Below the pieces are notes generated by a model. It searched no databases. It worked only from the letters and a program-made list of their open reading frames with translations, and had not been told where the DNA came from. From Candidatus Eiseniibacteriota bacterium (GTDB lineage Bacteria > Eisenbacteria > RBG-16-71-46), in assembly GCA_031364845.1 (NCBI GenBank), contig JANLWX010000222.1:1-44061 (forward strand): a DNA stretch of 44,061 bases, given 5' to 3'. Numbering within the stretch: position 1 is the stretch's first letter; every line of letters starts with the position of its first letter. Both the position numbers and the translations under genes were made by a program. Of this stretch, positions 1-11,975 are shown piece after piece.

Positions 1-25
1 CTCTGGACCGCTGAGCTATGGGCCC
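1..25 (-). tRNA. 5' part of a tRNA cut by the window edge; probably tRNA-Ile2/Met(CAT)
   Basis: Minus strand reads GGGCCCATAGCTCAGCGGTCCAGAG (acceptor strand + D arm). The anticodon is outside the window; identity is inferred only from the usual position after rpoD. Confidence 0.8.
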
Positions 26-65
26 AGCGATGGGCGCCCATGCGTACTGCGTCATAAGCCGTGTG

Positions 66-94
66 TTTCTAGCATCGGGGTACAGGGGTGTCAA
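66..94 (-). promoter_or_regulatory. sigma70-type promoter for the tRNA
   Basis: TTGACA-N17-TAGAAA with TG extension, about 40 nt upstream of the tRNA 5' end. Confidence 0.65.
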
Positions 95-137
95 GCCAAC
101 CGGGCCTCGTCGGCCCTCTCCTCTCCGCGGCGCGATT

Positions 138-1934
<1,797 letters not shown>

Positions 1935-1949
1935 GTAGGCCTGATCTCC

Positions 1950-3764
1950 TTACGATTCGGACTGCCCGAAATCCGGCCGCGGCTCCTGCCCGGAAACTTC
2001 CGCAACCTTCTGGTCCTGCGACGATCGCTCCAGCGCTTCGATATTCCTCGAAAGATCCCGCACGTTCTCGAGCAACTGTGTCTGTTCCGTCGCGGTCGCG
2101 GCGCGGCGCAGGCGTTCCTGCGTCTGCTTGCGTTCGTCCTTGAGACGCCGGATCACGAGTTGGCGCACGCCCCCGCGCGCCTGTTCGCGCCAGTGGTAGT
2201 CGGCTTCGGAAGCCAGCGAAAGTTCTCGCACCAGTGCGGCGGCGTCCGCTCCCTCCGGGAAGCCGATGCCGCCGCTCCACAACCATCGCGCCACCTCGGC
2301 GCACAACGGATCCCGGAAGTCTAAGGGACCCACATGACCCTCCGTCTCTTCGAACGACCCGCGATCTTGCAACAATGCGTGCAGAACGTCCACCTCGACC
2401 CCGCGCTGGAGCCGGCGTTGCGCATGAACAGCCGCTTGAATGGGCCGTTCCGACACCTGTCCCCCGCGCTGCAACGCGACCGCGCGGGAAATGACTTCAG
2501 GCTCGAGCCCGAACACCGCGCCCGCGCGCTCGATCAGCAGCCGCGCGCGCACCGGATCGGGCACGCGCCCGATCAGCCGCACCACCGCCTGCACCGCCGC
2601 CTCACGCGGATCGCCCGTGACCTTGCCCCGCAGCACGTGGCGTTCGAAGAATTCGACCGGATCCGACGCGAGACGGCGCACTGCGTTCCACGCTTCGATC
2701 CCACCGCGGCGCACCAGCGTGTCCGGATCCTCACCCGCCGGCAGGTCGACGACGACGACATCGATGCCCTCGGCGAGCAGGACACCGAGTGAGCGGGCAA
2801 CGGCATCGCGTCCGGCGGTGTCGCCATCGTACGTCAGCGCCACCCGCCCCGTCATGCGCTTGAGAATCTTCACGTGTTCGGGCGTGAGCGCGGTGCCTGA
2901 GGTCGCCACGGTGTGCCGCAGTCCCGCCTGATGCAGTGCGATCGCATCGAAGTAGCCCTCGACCACGATCACCTCGCCCGCGGGCTCGATGTGGCGGCGC
3001 GCCTGTTCGAGCGCGAACAGGAACGAGCCCTTGTGATAGACCGAGGTCTCGGGCGAATTGAGGTACTTGGGCTCGTCTCCCGGGGCGAGTGCGCGCGCGC
3101 CGAACCCGAGAACGTCTCCGCCCGCCTGGATCAACGGGACGATCAGCCGGTTGCGGAAGCGGTCGAACAACCCGCCGCGGTTCGAATCCCGGCGGCCCGC
3201 GAGTCCCGCCTGGACCAGCACTTCGTCAGGAAAGCGCCCGGCGAGCCGGCGCGTGAGATGTTCCCACCCTGCGGGTGCCACGCCGAGGCGGAACGCGCGC
3301 TGGGTTTCACGATCGATGCCGCGTCCTTCGAGATACGATCGCACCGCGGCACCGGCAGTGCCGTCGGCGAGCCATTGTTCGTAGGCTTCGGTCGCCGCCT
3401 CGAGCGCGTCGATCACAGCACCCCGCTGGCCGCCCGAGCCTGTTCCGCGGCGCTCGGGGACCGGGATGTTCGCGCGGCGGCTCAGCAGCTCGACCGCTTC
3501 GACGAACCCGACCTTTTCGGTCTCCTGAACGAAGCGGAATACGTCGCCGCCGACCTTGCAGCTGAAGCAGTGATAGAACTGGCGCTCCGGCTGGACCGAG
3601 AACGACGGCGTCTTCTCACCGTGAAACGGGCACAACCCGACGAAGTTCCGCCCGACCTTCTTGAGCGATACCGTCTGCGAGATGATCTCGACGATGTCGC
3701 TCGCCGAGCGCACGCGTTCGACCCAGTCGTCCGTGGTGCGCGGTCCCCGCGCGGCGGGGCTCAT
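1950..3764 (-). CDS. dnaG: DNA primase
   Basis: CHC2 zinc finger CPFHGEKTPSF...HCFSC, KYLNSPET, TOPRIM VEGYFD and YDGDTAG. Confidence 0.97.
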   Translation of the reverse strand: MSPAARGPRTTDDWVERVRSASDIVEIISQTVSLKKVGRNFVGLCPFHGEKTPSFSVQPERQFYHCFSCKVGGDVFRFVQETEKVGFVEAVELLSRRANIPVPERRGTGSGGQRGAVIDALEAATEAYEQWLADGTAGAAVRSYLEGRGIDRETQRAFRLGVAPAGWEHLTRRLAGRFPDEVLVQAGLAGRRDSNRGGLFDRFRNRLIVPLIQAGGDVLGFGARALAPGDEPKYLNSPETSVYHKGSFLFALEQARRHIEPAGEVIVVEGYFDAIALHQAGLRHTVATSGTALTPEHVKILKRMTGRVALTYDGDTAGRDAVARSLGVLLAEGIDVVVVDLPAGEDPDTLVRRGGIEAWNAVRRLASDPVEFFERHVLRGKVTGDPREAAVQAVVRLIGRVPDPVRARLLIERAGAVFGLEPEVISRAVALQRGGQVSERPIQAAVHAQRRLQRGVEVDVLHALLQDRGSFEETEGHVGPLDFRDPLCAEVARWLWSGGIGFPEGADAAALVRELSLASEADYHWREQARGGVRQLVIRRLKDERKQTQERLRRAATATEQTQLLENVRDLSRNIEALERSSQDQKVAEVSGQEPRPDFGQSES

Positions 3765-6160
3765 CGCAGTTGCGCCACGGTCACGCCGCGGCCTCCTTCT
3801 CCGACCACGCCCATGCGCAGGCTCGACACCTGCGCGTGTCCCTTGAGATGCCGCTCGACGGCCGCGCGCAGCACGCCGCGGCCGATCCCGTGGATCACGC
3901 GCAGCTCCGAGAGCCCGCCCAGCACGGCGCGGTCGAGCGCCTGATCGAGCATGCGGAGCGCTTCGTCGGCTTCGCGGCCGCGCAGGTCGACTTCGAGCGG
4001 TATCGCATCACCGCTGTCCCACGTGGCGAGCGGCGCCTTGGACTCGGCCGCCGCGGCACCGCGTCCCCCGCGGGCTCCCGGTTTCACCGCCGGCGGCAGC
4101 GCGGGCTCGAGCTTGCTCACGTGGCTCTGGATCGTCCAGCTTCCACGCCGCAACCGGATGTTGCCTTCCGCATCGGGAACGCCTTCGATCTCCGCATCCA
4201 TCCCCAGCTCGATCACGCGCACGCGACGTCCCGGCACCAGATCCTCCGGGCGCAGTGCCGCGCGCGGACCTTCGCCTTCGACGCCGAGCGCATCGTACGC
4301 CTCGCGCCCGCTCGATCTCAGAATTTCGCCTTCGCGCTCCACCGCCTCGACTTGCGCTTTCAACGACGCGGCATCGGCGCGCGTCTTGTCAGCGCGGCGG
4401 GCTTCGCGCTGAACGTTCTGCCACAGCTCACGCGCGTGCGACAGTAGCACCTCGCTCTCGCGCGTCAGCCGACGCGTGACCTGATCGAGCGCCTGACGCG
4501 ACGCTTCGGCGGCCTCGCGATGATCGCGCGCCGCCGCTTCGGCTTCGGTCCGCGCGGCCGCGAGCTTCTCCATCTCCGCGTCCATCGTACGGCGCAACCC
4601 CTGAAGGTCTTGAAGGACGCGCTCGAGCGTCGCCGACTCCGAGCGCACGTGACCGCGCGCGCGTTCGATGAGTGTGCGGTCGAAACCGAGACGCTCGGCC
4701 ATCGCGAGCGCGTGGCTCGCCCCCGGCACGCCGCGGATGAAGCGGTACGTCGGCGCCATCTTCGCAGTGTCGATCTCGAGCGAGCCGTTGACCACGCCGG
4801 GCACGGTACCCGCGAGCAGCTTGAGCGAGCCCAGGTGGGTGGTCACCACACCCCACGCGCCGCGCTCGGCAAAATGCTCGATCAGCACCCGGCCGAGCGG
4901 AGCGCCTTCCTCGGGATCGGTGCCGGCCCCGAGTTCGTCGGCGAGCAGCAGCGTGCGCGGTCCCGCGGCCCTCGCCATTTCGTCGAGCGCCTTCAGATGC
5001 GCCGCGAACGTCGACAGTCCGCGATCGAGCGACTGCTCGTCGCCGAGGTCCGCCTCGATCGTGTCGATCTCGGGCACCACGCTCCCTTCGGCGGCCGCAA
5101 CCGGGAACGCGGCGTGCGCGAGTGCCACCGCGAGTCCGACCGTCTTCAGCAGTACCGTCTTGCCGCCCATGTTGGGCCCGCTCACGAGCAGCAGCGTGCC
5201 CGAGCGATCGAGATCGAGATCGAGCGGCACCACAGCGATCCCCGCCGCGGCGAGCAACGGATGGCGCGCGGACCCGAGCCGCAGGCGATCGCCGCCGGGA
5301 GCGATCGCGATCGCACGATGCTCCGCCGCCCAGCGCGCGCGCGCGCGCAGCGTGTCCAGGTGTGTGAGATCGCGCTCGAGACTGCGGATCGGGTCTTCCG
5401 CTTCGCGGACCGCCGCCACCAGCTCGCGCACGATGCGCTGCTCCTCCTCGCTCACGATCGCGCGCTGTTCCAGCAGATGATTGTTGGCGTCGCACAACTC
5501 GATCGGCTCGACGAACAACGACTGCCCGCTGCGCGAAACGTCGTGCACGATGCCGCGGCTGCGCGGAAAACCCGCGCCCGGGATCAGCGCCACGAACCGG
5601 TCGCCATGACGGGTGACGTAGGCCGACTCGCCGAAACCCTTGGACCAGCGTTCGAGGCGGTTCTGAACATCGCGCTCGCCGTTCGCGAGTTCCGCCCGCG
5701 CGCGTCGCAGGGCGGGCGAGGCGGCGTCGCTCACGCGACCGTCGGGATCGAGCGAGGTCCGCAGCGTCGCCGCGAGTCCTTCGAGCGCGGGCAGGCCGGA
5801 AGCGATCACGAACAATCCGGGATGGCGCTCCTCGCTGCCTGCTTCGTTCCACGCCGCGCGGGTGCGGGTGCCGGCTTCGAGCCAGCTCGCGATCTCGAGC
5901 AGGCCCTCGACACCGAGCGATCGCGTCGCGTCGTCGAGCCAGCCTAAGAGTTCACCGGTTCCGACCGCGAGCCAGTTGCCGGGCTCCCCCGTGCGCCGGA
6001 TGGCCTCGGCCAGCAGCGCGCACTCGCGGGCGCGTGTGGCGGCATCCGCGATCGGGTGCGCCTCGGCCACGGCGGCGCGCGCGCCATCGCACTCGGCGCG
6101 AAGGGCGACGTCCGCGACGACGCGCGGAAACTCCAGCAACTCGAGAGCGTGGACGTTCAA
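3761..6160 (-). CDS. mutS2: MutS2 family protein with C-terminal Smr domain
   Basis: Walker A SGPNMGGKT, LSTFAAH, DELGAGTDPEEG, TTHLG, coiled coil, Smr VDLRG...IHGIGRG...GEGGRGVT; TTG start. Confidence 0.95.
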   Translation of the reverse strand: MNVHALELLEFPRVVADVALRAECDGARAAVAEAHPIADAATRARECALLAEAIRRTGEPGNWLAVGTGELLGWLDDATRSLGVEGLLEIASWLEAGTRTRAAWNEAGSEERHPGLFVIASGLPALEGLAATLRTSLDPDGRVSDAASPALRRARAELANGERDVQNRLERWSKGFGESAYVTRHGDRFVALIPGAGFPRSRGIVHDVSRSGQSLFVEPIELCDANNHLLEQRAIVSEEEQRIVRELVAAVREAEDPIRSLERDLTHLDTLRARARWAAEHRAIAIAPGGDRLRLGSARHPLLAAAGIAVVPLDLDLDRSGTLLLVSGPNMGGKTVLLKTVGLAVALAHAAFPVAAAEGSVVPEIDTIEADLGDEQSLDRGLSTFAAHLKALDEMARAAGPRTLLLADELGAGTDPEEGAPLGRVLIEHFAERGAWGVVTTHLGSLKLLAGTVPGVVNGSLEIDTAKMAPTYRFIRGVPGASHALAMAERLGFDRTLIERARGHVRSESATLERVLQDLQGLRRTMDAEMEKLAAARTEAEAAARDHREAAEASRQALDQVTRRLTRESEVLLSHARELWQNVQREARRADKTRADAASLKAQVEAVEREGEILRSSGREAYDALGVEGEGPRAALRPEDLVPGRRVRVIELGMDAEIEGVPDAEGNIRLRRGSWTIQSHVSKLEPALPPAVKPGARGGRGAAAAESKAPLATWDSGDAIPLEVDLRGREADEALRMLDQALDRAVLGGLSELRVIHGIGRGVLRAAVERHLKGHAQVSSLRMGVVGEGGRGVTVAQLR

Positions 6161-6286
6161 CGTTCGATTCCGTGGCGAAGGACTCGACTCGGTCGGGAAG
6201 CCCGAACGCGGTGTTCGGCGCCCGCTCGTGGCGGCGGATGATGTTGCGTTCGGAAACGCGGAGCACAGCGCGTTCGTTCGCGGAAG

Positions 6287-6844
6287 CTAGACGGAGTCGG
6301 TGCTCCCGGTGCGCGTCTCGTGCGCGCGGCGTTCGGCCTTGCGAAACCGATCGCGCAGCCAGTGCCAGCCGGGAGAATACTTCCCGGCATAGTTGCAGGC
6401 ATCGGCGGCGCTCTTCATGAAGGGCGCAGCGAGCCGTGAACGCGCCACCGTGTCCGGGACCGAAGGCAGCCACGTGATCTGCAGCGCCACCAGAGTGATG
6501 ACCGCGACCACTGAAGCGCCGAATCCGGCTCCAAGCATCGCACCGATCGGCCCGTCGAAGGTATCGAGCGCGCTGCCGCTCGCCGACTCCTTCGCGCGAT
6601 CACCCATCCATCGGAACACCGAGGCCACCGCGAGGCCCGCGAGCAGCACGACCAGCACCCGTAACAGCAAAAAAAACACAGCGGGTCGGGCATGCTGCCA
6701 GTGCTCCCCGACCCACTGTGATACCCAGGCTGCAACCCACAGGCCCGCGATCATGCCGAGTGCCGCGAACAGCTGCGACAGGATGCCGCGGATCCATCCC
6801 CGAACCGCGAAGGCCAGTACGAGCACGAGGATCACCCCGTCCAC
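6287..6844 (-). CDS. cvpA: CvpA (colicin V production) family membrane protein; start uncertain
   Basis: (W)VDGVIL...AVRGWIRG, about four hydrophobic helices, FDGPIGAMLG; typical position before mutS2. Confidence 0.75.
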   Translation of the reverse strand: MDGVILVLVLAFAVRGWIRGILSQLFAALGMIAGLWVAAWVSQWVGEHWQHARPAVFFLLLRVLVVLLAGLAVASVFRWMGDRAKESASGSALDTFDGPIGAMLGAGFGASVVAVITLVALQITWLPSVPDTVARSRLAAPFMKSAADACNYAGKYSPGWHWLRDRFRKAERRAHETRTGSTDSV

Positions 6845-6876
6845 CCATGTCCATCGCAGACCGAAGTTCAGTTGCG

Positions 6877-7071
6877 TCAGTTCTCCTGCTGCCGCCGCGC
6901 CAGATTCTTGCGCTTGGCGGCATTCAGCTTGCGTTTGCGCCGCTCACTAGGTTTCTCGAAGTGCTGGTGACGGCGTAGATCCGCCATGATGCCGGCCTTT
7001 TCACACTTCTTCTTGAAGCGACGCAGGGCGCTCTCGAAGGACTCACCGTCCTTCACCCTGATTCCGGGCAA
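6877..7071 (-). CDS. rpsU: 30S ribosomal protein S21
   Basis: TTG start after [54 protein letters not shown]. Confidence 0.97.
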   Translation of the reverse strand: MPGIRVKDGESFESALRRFKKKCEKAGIMADLRRHQHFEKPSERRKRKLNAAKRKNLARRQQEN

Positions 7072-7169
7072 GAAATTCCCCCCTCTCTGCCCTTTGGAAA
7101 AGCTGCTCGTGAGGAAAAACAAACCGCGCCCTTGGGGAGAACCTCTTGGGCGCGAAAAGATCAGCCAGC

Positions 7170-7198
7170 AGTTTATGGCGCAGGCCCCGGGCCGTCAA
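7170..7198 (-). promoter_or_regulatory. sigma70-type promoter for rpsU-cvpA-mutS2-dnaG-rpoD
   Basis: TTGACG-N17-TAAACT at the end of rsmE. Confidence 0.7.
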
Positions 7199-7895
7199 GC
7201 CGGGCGGTCCACCCCGCCGCCCACGCGATCGCCGCGGTTTCGGTCCGCAACCGAGCGGGACCGAGCCGGACCGGCTGGAATCCACTCCCGGCAAACTGTT
7301 CGCGCTCGCCCGCCGTGAACCCTGGCGCCGGACCGACCGCCGCCACGCTTGCGGGCGGGATCACCGCGGGCGCCCAGCGATCCTGGGCTTCGGCGTCGGC
7401 AATCCAGCGCGCTTCGGTCCCGGAAATCCCTGCAATCGCGTCCGAAACCGTAACCGGCTCGGCCACTTCGAGCAGCCAGGCGTTGCGGGACTGGCGCAGT
7501 GCCGCCACCGCGATCTTGCGCGCCCGGTCGAGCCGTGCGCCGCGCCAGTTGGCCCGCGCGCACTCGAGCGGGACCAGCCGCGCGATCCCGAGCTCGGCAA
7601 GCTTCTCGACCAGCCAGTCGGCGCGCGATCCTTCGGGGGTCCCGCACAGCACGCTCGCCACGCACGGACGCGGAACGAATCGGCGGCCCAGCACCGCAAC
7701 CTCGACGGACCGGGCGACGCGGGTCAGTTCTAGATCCGCGACCGTCCCTTCGCCGTCGGTGCCGGTCGCGGGCTCCCCGGGTTTTGCGCGGCACACACGG
7801 CCGACGTAGTGAGCCTCATCCTCGGGCAGCGTGTACGCACCCCCGGGGGCGGCGATCCCGGGCAGATAGAGCCACGACGGAACACTAGCCGGCAA
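7173..7895 (-). CDS. rsmE: 16S rRNA m3U1498 methyltransferase (SPOUT)
   Basis: [51 protein letters not shown]; downstream of dnaJ. Confidence 0.88.
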   Translation of the reverse strand: MPASVPSWLYLPGIAAPGGAYTLPEDEAHYVGRVCRAKPGEPATGTDGEGTVADLELTRVARSVEVAVLGRRFVPRPCVASVLCGTPEGSRADWLVEKLAELGIARLVPLECARANWRGARLDRARKIAVAALRQSRNAWLLEVAEPVTVSDAIAGISGTEARWIADAEAQDRWAPAVIPPASVAAVGPAPGFTAGEREQFAGSGFQPVRLGPARLRTETAAIAWAAGWTARLDGPGPAP

Positions 7896-9024
7896 AGGCG
7901 TCCTTCATGCGATCGAACACCGACCTTCCCGGAAGCGGAGGCTTGAACGCTTCCGAACGGCCCATCTCCTCGAGCAGCTTCTTGTCCGCGCCCGATACGC
8001 GCGTCGGCACCCACACCACGACCCGCGCGAGCAGATCGCCGCGGCCGCCGCGCAGATGCGGGATGCCTTTGCCGCGCACGCGCAGCACTTGACCGCTCGG
8101 GGTGCCGGCCGGAATGTCGAGTTTGACGCGCGATCCGTCGAGCAGCGGCACCTCGACCTTGCCGCCGAGCGTGGCGGTCGCGAAGTTGATGGGCGTGTCC
8201 AGATGAAGGTCGTCGCCGTCGCGTTCGAAGGTTGCGTGCTCCTTCTCTTCGATCAGGACGATCAGATCGCCGGCCGGACCACTGCGGGGGCCTGAGTCCC
8301 CCATGCCGCGCAGCGGAATGAAGTTTCCGTTCGCGACACCGGCGGGCACCTTCACGGAAATCGTCTCGGTCATCGAGGAGCGGCCGTCGCCACCGCACGT
8401 CTTGCACGGGTCCTTGAACACCTTGCCGTCGCCGCCGCACTTGGGACAGGTCGCGATGTTGACGAACTGGCCGAGCATCGACTGCTGGACACGCCGCACC
8501 TGACCGCGGCCCTGGCATTGGGTGCATGCGGATTCGCCTTCGCCTCCGCGTCCCGAGCACGTCGTGCACGGACGCAGATGCTTCACGCGGATCTTCTTCT
8601 CGACACCGGTGCCGATCTCTTCGAGCGTGAGCTTGAGCTGGACCTGGAGGTCGTCGCCCTGACGTACCGACCTCCCGCCGCGGCCGCCCGAGAACAGATC
8701 TTCGAATCCGCCGCCGCCGTCGCCGCCGAAGTCGCGCATGAACGCGCGCAGGGCATCGGCGAGATCGAAACCGCTGAAGTCCGCGCCACCCGCGGAGCCC
8801 GAACTCGCCGCATGCCCGAACTGATCGTAGCGCGCGCGCTTGTTCGAATCGCGCAGCACTTCGTAGGCCTCGGTCGCTTCCTTGAAGCGCAGCTCGGCCG
8901 CCGGCTCACCCGGATTGCGATCTGGATGATTGTCGAACGCGAGCTTGCGGTAGGCCTTCTTGATGTCGTCTTCGCTGGCGCCGCGCGGCACGCCCAGGAC
9001 TTCGTAGTAGTCGCGTTTCGCCAC
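7885..9024 (-). CDS. dnaJ: Chaperone DnaJ
   Basis: GTG start, [13 protein letters not shown] motif, four CxxCxGxG repeats. Confidence 0.97.
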   Translation of the reverse strand: MAKRDYYEVLGVPRGASEDDIKKAYRKLAFDNHPDRNPGEPAAELRFKEATEAYEVLRDSNKRARYDQFGHAASSGSAGGADFSGFDLADALRAFMRDFGGDGGGGFEDLFSGGRGGRSVRQGDDLQVQLKLTLEEIGTGVEKKIRVKHLRPCTTCSGRGGEGESACTQCQGRGQVRRVQQSMLGQFVNIATCPKCGGDGKVFKDPCKTCGGDGRSSMTETISVKVPAGVANGNFIPLRGMGDSGPRSGPAGDLIVLIEEKEHATFERDGDDLHLDTPINFATATLGGKVEVPLLDGSRVKLDIPAGTPSGQVLRVRGKGIPHLRGGRGDLLARVVVWVPTRVSGADKKLLEEMGRSEAFKPPLPGRSVFDRMKDAFAG

Positions 9025-9026
9025 GC

Positions 9027-9623
9027 TCAGACTCCGGCGCTGCGCGCGACGATCACGCGCGCCGGGCGTAGCGCGCGACCCCCGCGCTGATATCCACGCC
9101 GGGCGACCTGCACCACGTGTCCCGGTGCGATGCCCTCCGGCGCGTCGACCTCGAGCATCGCCTCGTGCACGGCAGGATCGAAGAGTTCGCCCACAGCCTT
9201 GATCTCGGTCGCGCCATGACGCGCGAGATGATCGCGCATCCCGCGCGCGGCGAGTTCGACCCCGGCGGTCCACGATTCCGGCGCGCCCGCGGCCTTCGCG
9301 GCCTCCAGCGCGCGTTCGAAGTCATCGAGATGGTCGATCGTCACGAGCAACATGCGGTCCTCCGCAAAGCGGCGGGCCTCTTCGACATCGCGCTGCGAGC
9401 GGCGGCGGACGTTCTGCATCTCGGCCTCGGAGCGCAGCCAGCGGTCGCGGTACGTGCGCGCGGCTTCGGTGTCCTCGCCGGGCAGCACGCCTTCGCGCGC
9501 CTCGGAAGCGGCGTCCCGATTGCGGGCGTCGGCGACTTCGGCCTCGACGGTGAGCTCGGCTTCGGGCTCGGCCGGGCCGGAACCGGACCCCGGGAATTCG
9601 GTGTCGGAAGTCTTCGTGTTCAT
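9027..9623 (-). CDS. grpE: Nucleotide exchange factor GrpE
   Basis: [45 protein letters not shown]. Confidence 0.95.
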   Translation of the reverse strand: MNTKTSDTEFPGSGSGPAEPEAELTVEAEVADARNRDAASEAREGVLPGEDTEAARTYRDRWLRSEAEMQNVRRRSQRDVEEARRFAEDRMLLVTIDHLDDFERALEAAKAAGAPESWTAGVELAARGMRDHLARHGATEIKAVGELFDPAVHEAMLEVDAPEGIAPGHVVQVARRGYQRGGRALRPARVIVARSAGV

Positions 9624-9636
9624 GGATCGGTATCTT

Positions 9637-10677
9637 TCAGGATTCGAGGATTTCGGTGACGCGCGCTCCGACCGCATCGACGACCGCGAACGCGAGCGCG
9701 TAGTTCATGCGCAACGGACCGAGCACGCCGACGGCTCCGCGAACGCGGCCGGGCAGCGGATACGCGACCAGACTGCAGCCGGCGAGTGCGACATCTTCAT
9801 CGAGGCCGACGCGGGCACACACCTGGCCTTCGACGCCGTTCACGAGCAGGCGATCGAGTGGCGAGCCACCCTCGACCGCGCGCAGGATCGGGCCGAGCGA
9901 TCCGGAGAACTCGGGCTGCTCCGCGATGTGCATCGCGCCCGCGCGATAGAGCGGCGTTTCGACCGGCTGTTCCCAGCTGCGGGCAGCGGCGGCCGACACG
10001 ATGCGCACGGCACTCGTGCGCACGAGCTCGGGATCGCGCTCGAGCCGGTCGCGCACTTCTGCGAGCGTGCGATGCAGCAACCGCTCGCGCAGCACGGCCG
10101 AGACTTCTTCCAGCTCGTCGCGCTCGAGCTGCGTTTCGAGCTCGAGCACCAGTGTCCGCAACGTGCCTTCGCCGAGGTTGAAGACGAGCAGCACGCGGCG
10201 CTCGTGCAGCGGCGACAGGTCGAGCCCGGTCAGCACCTCGCCCGACAGCGACGCCGCGAGGGCGAGGCCCAGCTGATGCGTGAGCGACGAGAGGATCCGC
10301 GACGCTTCATCGAGCAACCTCCGCACGTCGTGGACCGAACGTCCGAGTGCCCGCTCGACCTCGCTCACGATCTCCCGATCGAGCACCGCGGGCGTCAGCA
10401 GGCGGCGCACGTAAAGCTCATACCCGCGAGCAGTCGGGACGCGGCCGGCCGAGCTGTGCAGCCGCTCGAGCAACCCCATGGCTTCGAGTTCCGACAGCTC
10501 GGCTCGCACGCTCGCTGAGGACACGGCGATATCGCCTTGCTGCGACAGCATTTCGGAAGCGACGGGGCGCGCGGTCGCGCCATGGACCTCCACCAGGGTG
10601 GTGAAGATCCGGCGTTGCCGTTCGGAGAGATCGGGGTCGCCGGGGGTCAGCCGGCCAGGGAATGCAGGTTGTGACAT
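9637..10677 (-). CDS. hrcA: Heat-inducible transcription repressor
   Basis: SERQRRIF, PVAS, SSASVRAELSELEAMGLL, HSSAGRVPTARGY, GAVGVLGPLRMNY; upstream of grpE. Confidence 0.93.
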   Translation of the reverse strand: MSQPAFPGRLTPGDPDLSERQRRIFTTLVEVHGATARPVASEMLSQQGDIAVSSASVRAELSELEAMGLLERLHSSAGRVPTARGYELYVRRLLTPAVLDREIVSEVERALGRSVHDVRRLLDEASRILSSLTHQLGLALAASLSGEVLTGLDLSPLHERRVLLVFNLGEGTLRTLVLELETQLERDELEEVSAVLRERLLHRTLAEVRDRLERDPELVRTSAVRIVSAAAARSWEQPVETPLYRAGAMHIAEQPEFSGSLGPILRAVEGGSPLDRLLVNGVEGQVCARVGLDEDVALAGCSLVAYPLPGRVRGAVGVLGPLRMNYALAFAVVDAVGARVTEILES

Positions 10678-11975
10678 GGTGACCACGTTAGGGAGGCATG
10701 GGAGGCACTGTCAACTGCGCCCGCATGCGCACGCGACTCGATCCAGGCGAGCACGTCGTCGGCAACGAAGCGCAACTCCCTCGGAATCCGGAAACCGCGA
10801 TCGGTCGGTTCGAGCCGTCCGCCCGCCACCGCGGCAGTGAACGCGCCGCCGTACCGTAGCATCACCGAGTCCCACGCCTCGGGCGCATAGTCCTCGCGCA
10901 CCAGTCCCCCGGCCAGCCGCAAGCCCAGCATCATGATTTCGGTCGCGAGCGACTCGCCCGTCTGCGGCTCGCGTTCGGCCTCGGGACTGCGGCCGCGTTC
11001 GAGTGCGGTCGCCCAGCGCGAGAACGCGTAGTGGTTGCCGTAACGCTCGCCATCCATGAATCCGTGCGCCGCGGGACCGATCGCGAGATACGGACGCACG
11101 AGCCAGTAGACGAGGTTGTGCTGCGCCTCGCCCCCCGGCCGCGCGAAGTTGGAGGTCTCGTAGCAGCCGTAGCCCGCGCGCTCGAGCATGGCGGTGACGT
11201 CGTCGTACATCGCGGCCTGCTCCTCGGGCGCGGGCAGTTCGGATGTCCCGCCCAGCACCGCGTCGCCGAGCGGAGTGCCGTGCTCGGGGATGAAGCAATA
11301 CGCCGACAGGTGTTCGGGCTCGAGTTCCAGGCTGCGCTCGATGGTTTCGCACCAGCGTGCGCGGGTGTGGCCGGGATAGCCGAACATCAGATCGAGCGAC
11401 AGGCGCTGGAAACCCTGGGCGCGCGCGAGCGCGAACGCCTCGGCCGGACGCGCCGCATCGTGAATGCGGCCGAGCCATTCGAGTTCGTCCGCATGAAACG
11501 TCTGCGCACCCATCGACAGCCGATTCACGCCGGCCTCCGCCCACGCGGCAAGCAGCGTGGACCGCACGGATTCCGGATTGGCTTCGAGCGTGATCTCTGC
11601 GCCAGTCGCGATCTCGAAGTGGTCGCGCACCGCGGACCACAGCGTGCGGAACGCACGGCTCGACAGCGCCGAGGGCGTGCCGCCGCCGAAGAACACCGAC
11701 GTGAATGCGACTCCGCGCGCGTGCGGCGCGCGCTCGGCCATTTCGAGCCGCATCGCTTCGAGATAACGCTCGACCGCATGCGACGACAGGCTGCCGGTCG
11801 AGAAGTCGCAGTACGAACAGCGCTGCGCGCAGAACGGGACGTGGAGGTAGAGACCGGTGCGGGCGGCGCGCCGCGCGGCGGTACTCGGGCCTTCGAACAC
11901 CGCGGGTGTGGCTCCGAGGTCCGCCGGCGCAGCGGTTGCGCCGACTCGCGAGCGGCCGGCGGCGGACGGACTCAT
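10647..11975 (-). CDS. hemW: Radical SAM heme chaperone HemW (HemN-like)
   Basis: LYLHVPFCAQRCSYCDF, FFGGGTPS, EITLEANPES, YETSNFA, HNLVYW; ATG overlaps the lepB TGA; lepA-hemW-hrcA synteny. Confidence 0.92.
   Translation of the reverse strand: MSPSAAGRSRVGATAAPADLGATPAVFEGPSTAARRAARTGLYLHVPFCAQRCSYCDFSTGSLSSHAVERYLEAMRLEMAERAPHARGVAFTSVFFGGGTPSALSSRAFRTLWSAVRDHFEIATGAEITLEANPESVRSTLLAAWAEAGVNRLSMGAQTFHADELEWLGRIHDAARPAEAFALARAQGFQRLSLDLMFGYPGHTRARWCETIERSLELEPEHLSAYCFIPEHGTPLGDAVLGGTSELPAPEEQAAMYDDVTAMLERAGYGCYETSNFARPGGEAQHNLVYWLVRPYLAIGPAAHGFMDGERYGNHYAFSRWATALERGRSPEAEREPQTGESLATEIMMLGLRLAGGLVREDYAPEAWDSVMLRYGGAFTAAVAGGRLEPTDRGFRIPRELRFVADDVLAWIESRAHAGAVDSASHASLTWSPCHNLHSLAG
10685..10714 (-). 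promoter_or_regulatory. sigma70-type promoter of hrcA, probably leaderless
   Basis: TTGACA-N18-TAACGT inside the hemW 3' end; the hrcA ATG lies 7 nt after the -10 box. Confidence 0.6.

Noticed and set aside
6161..6289. cvpA and mutS2 share a frame, separated by one TAG and 42 open codons (possible read-through fusion)
   Set aside because: The linker lacks the GC3 bias of real genes here, stop-free runs of this length are common at this GC, and no pyrrolysine machinery is visible.
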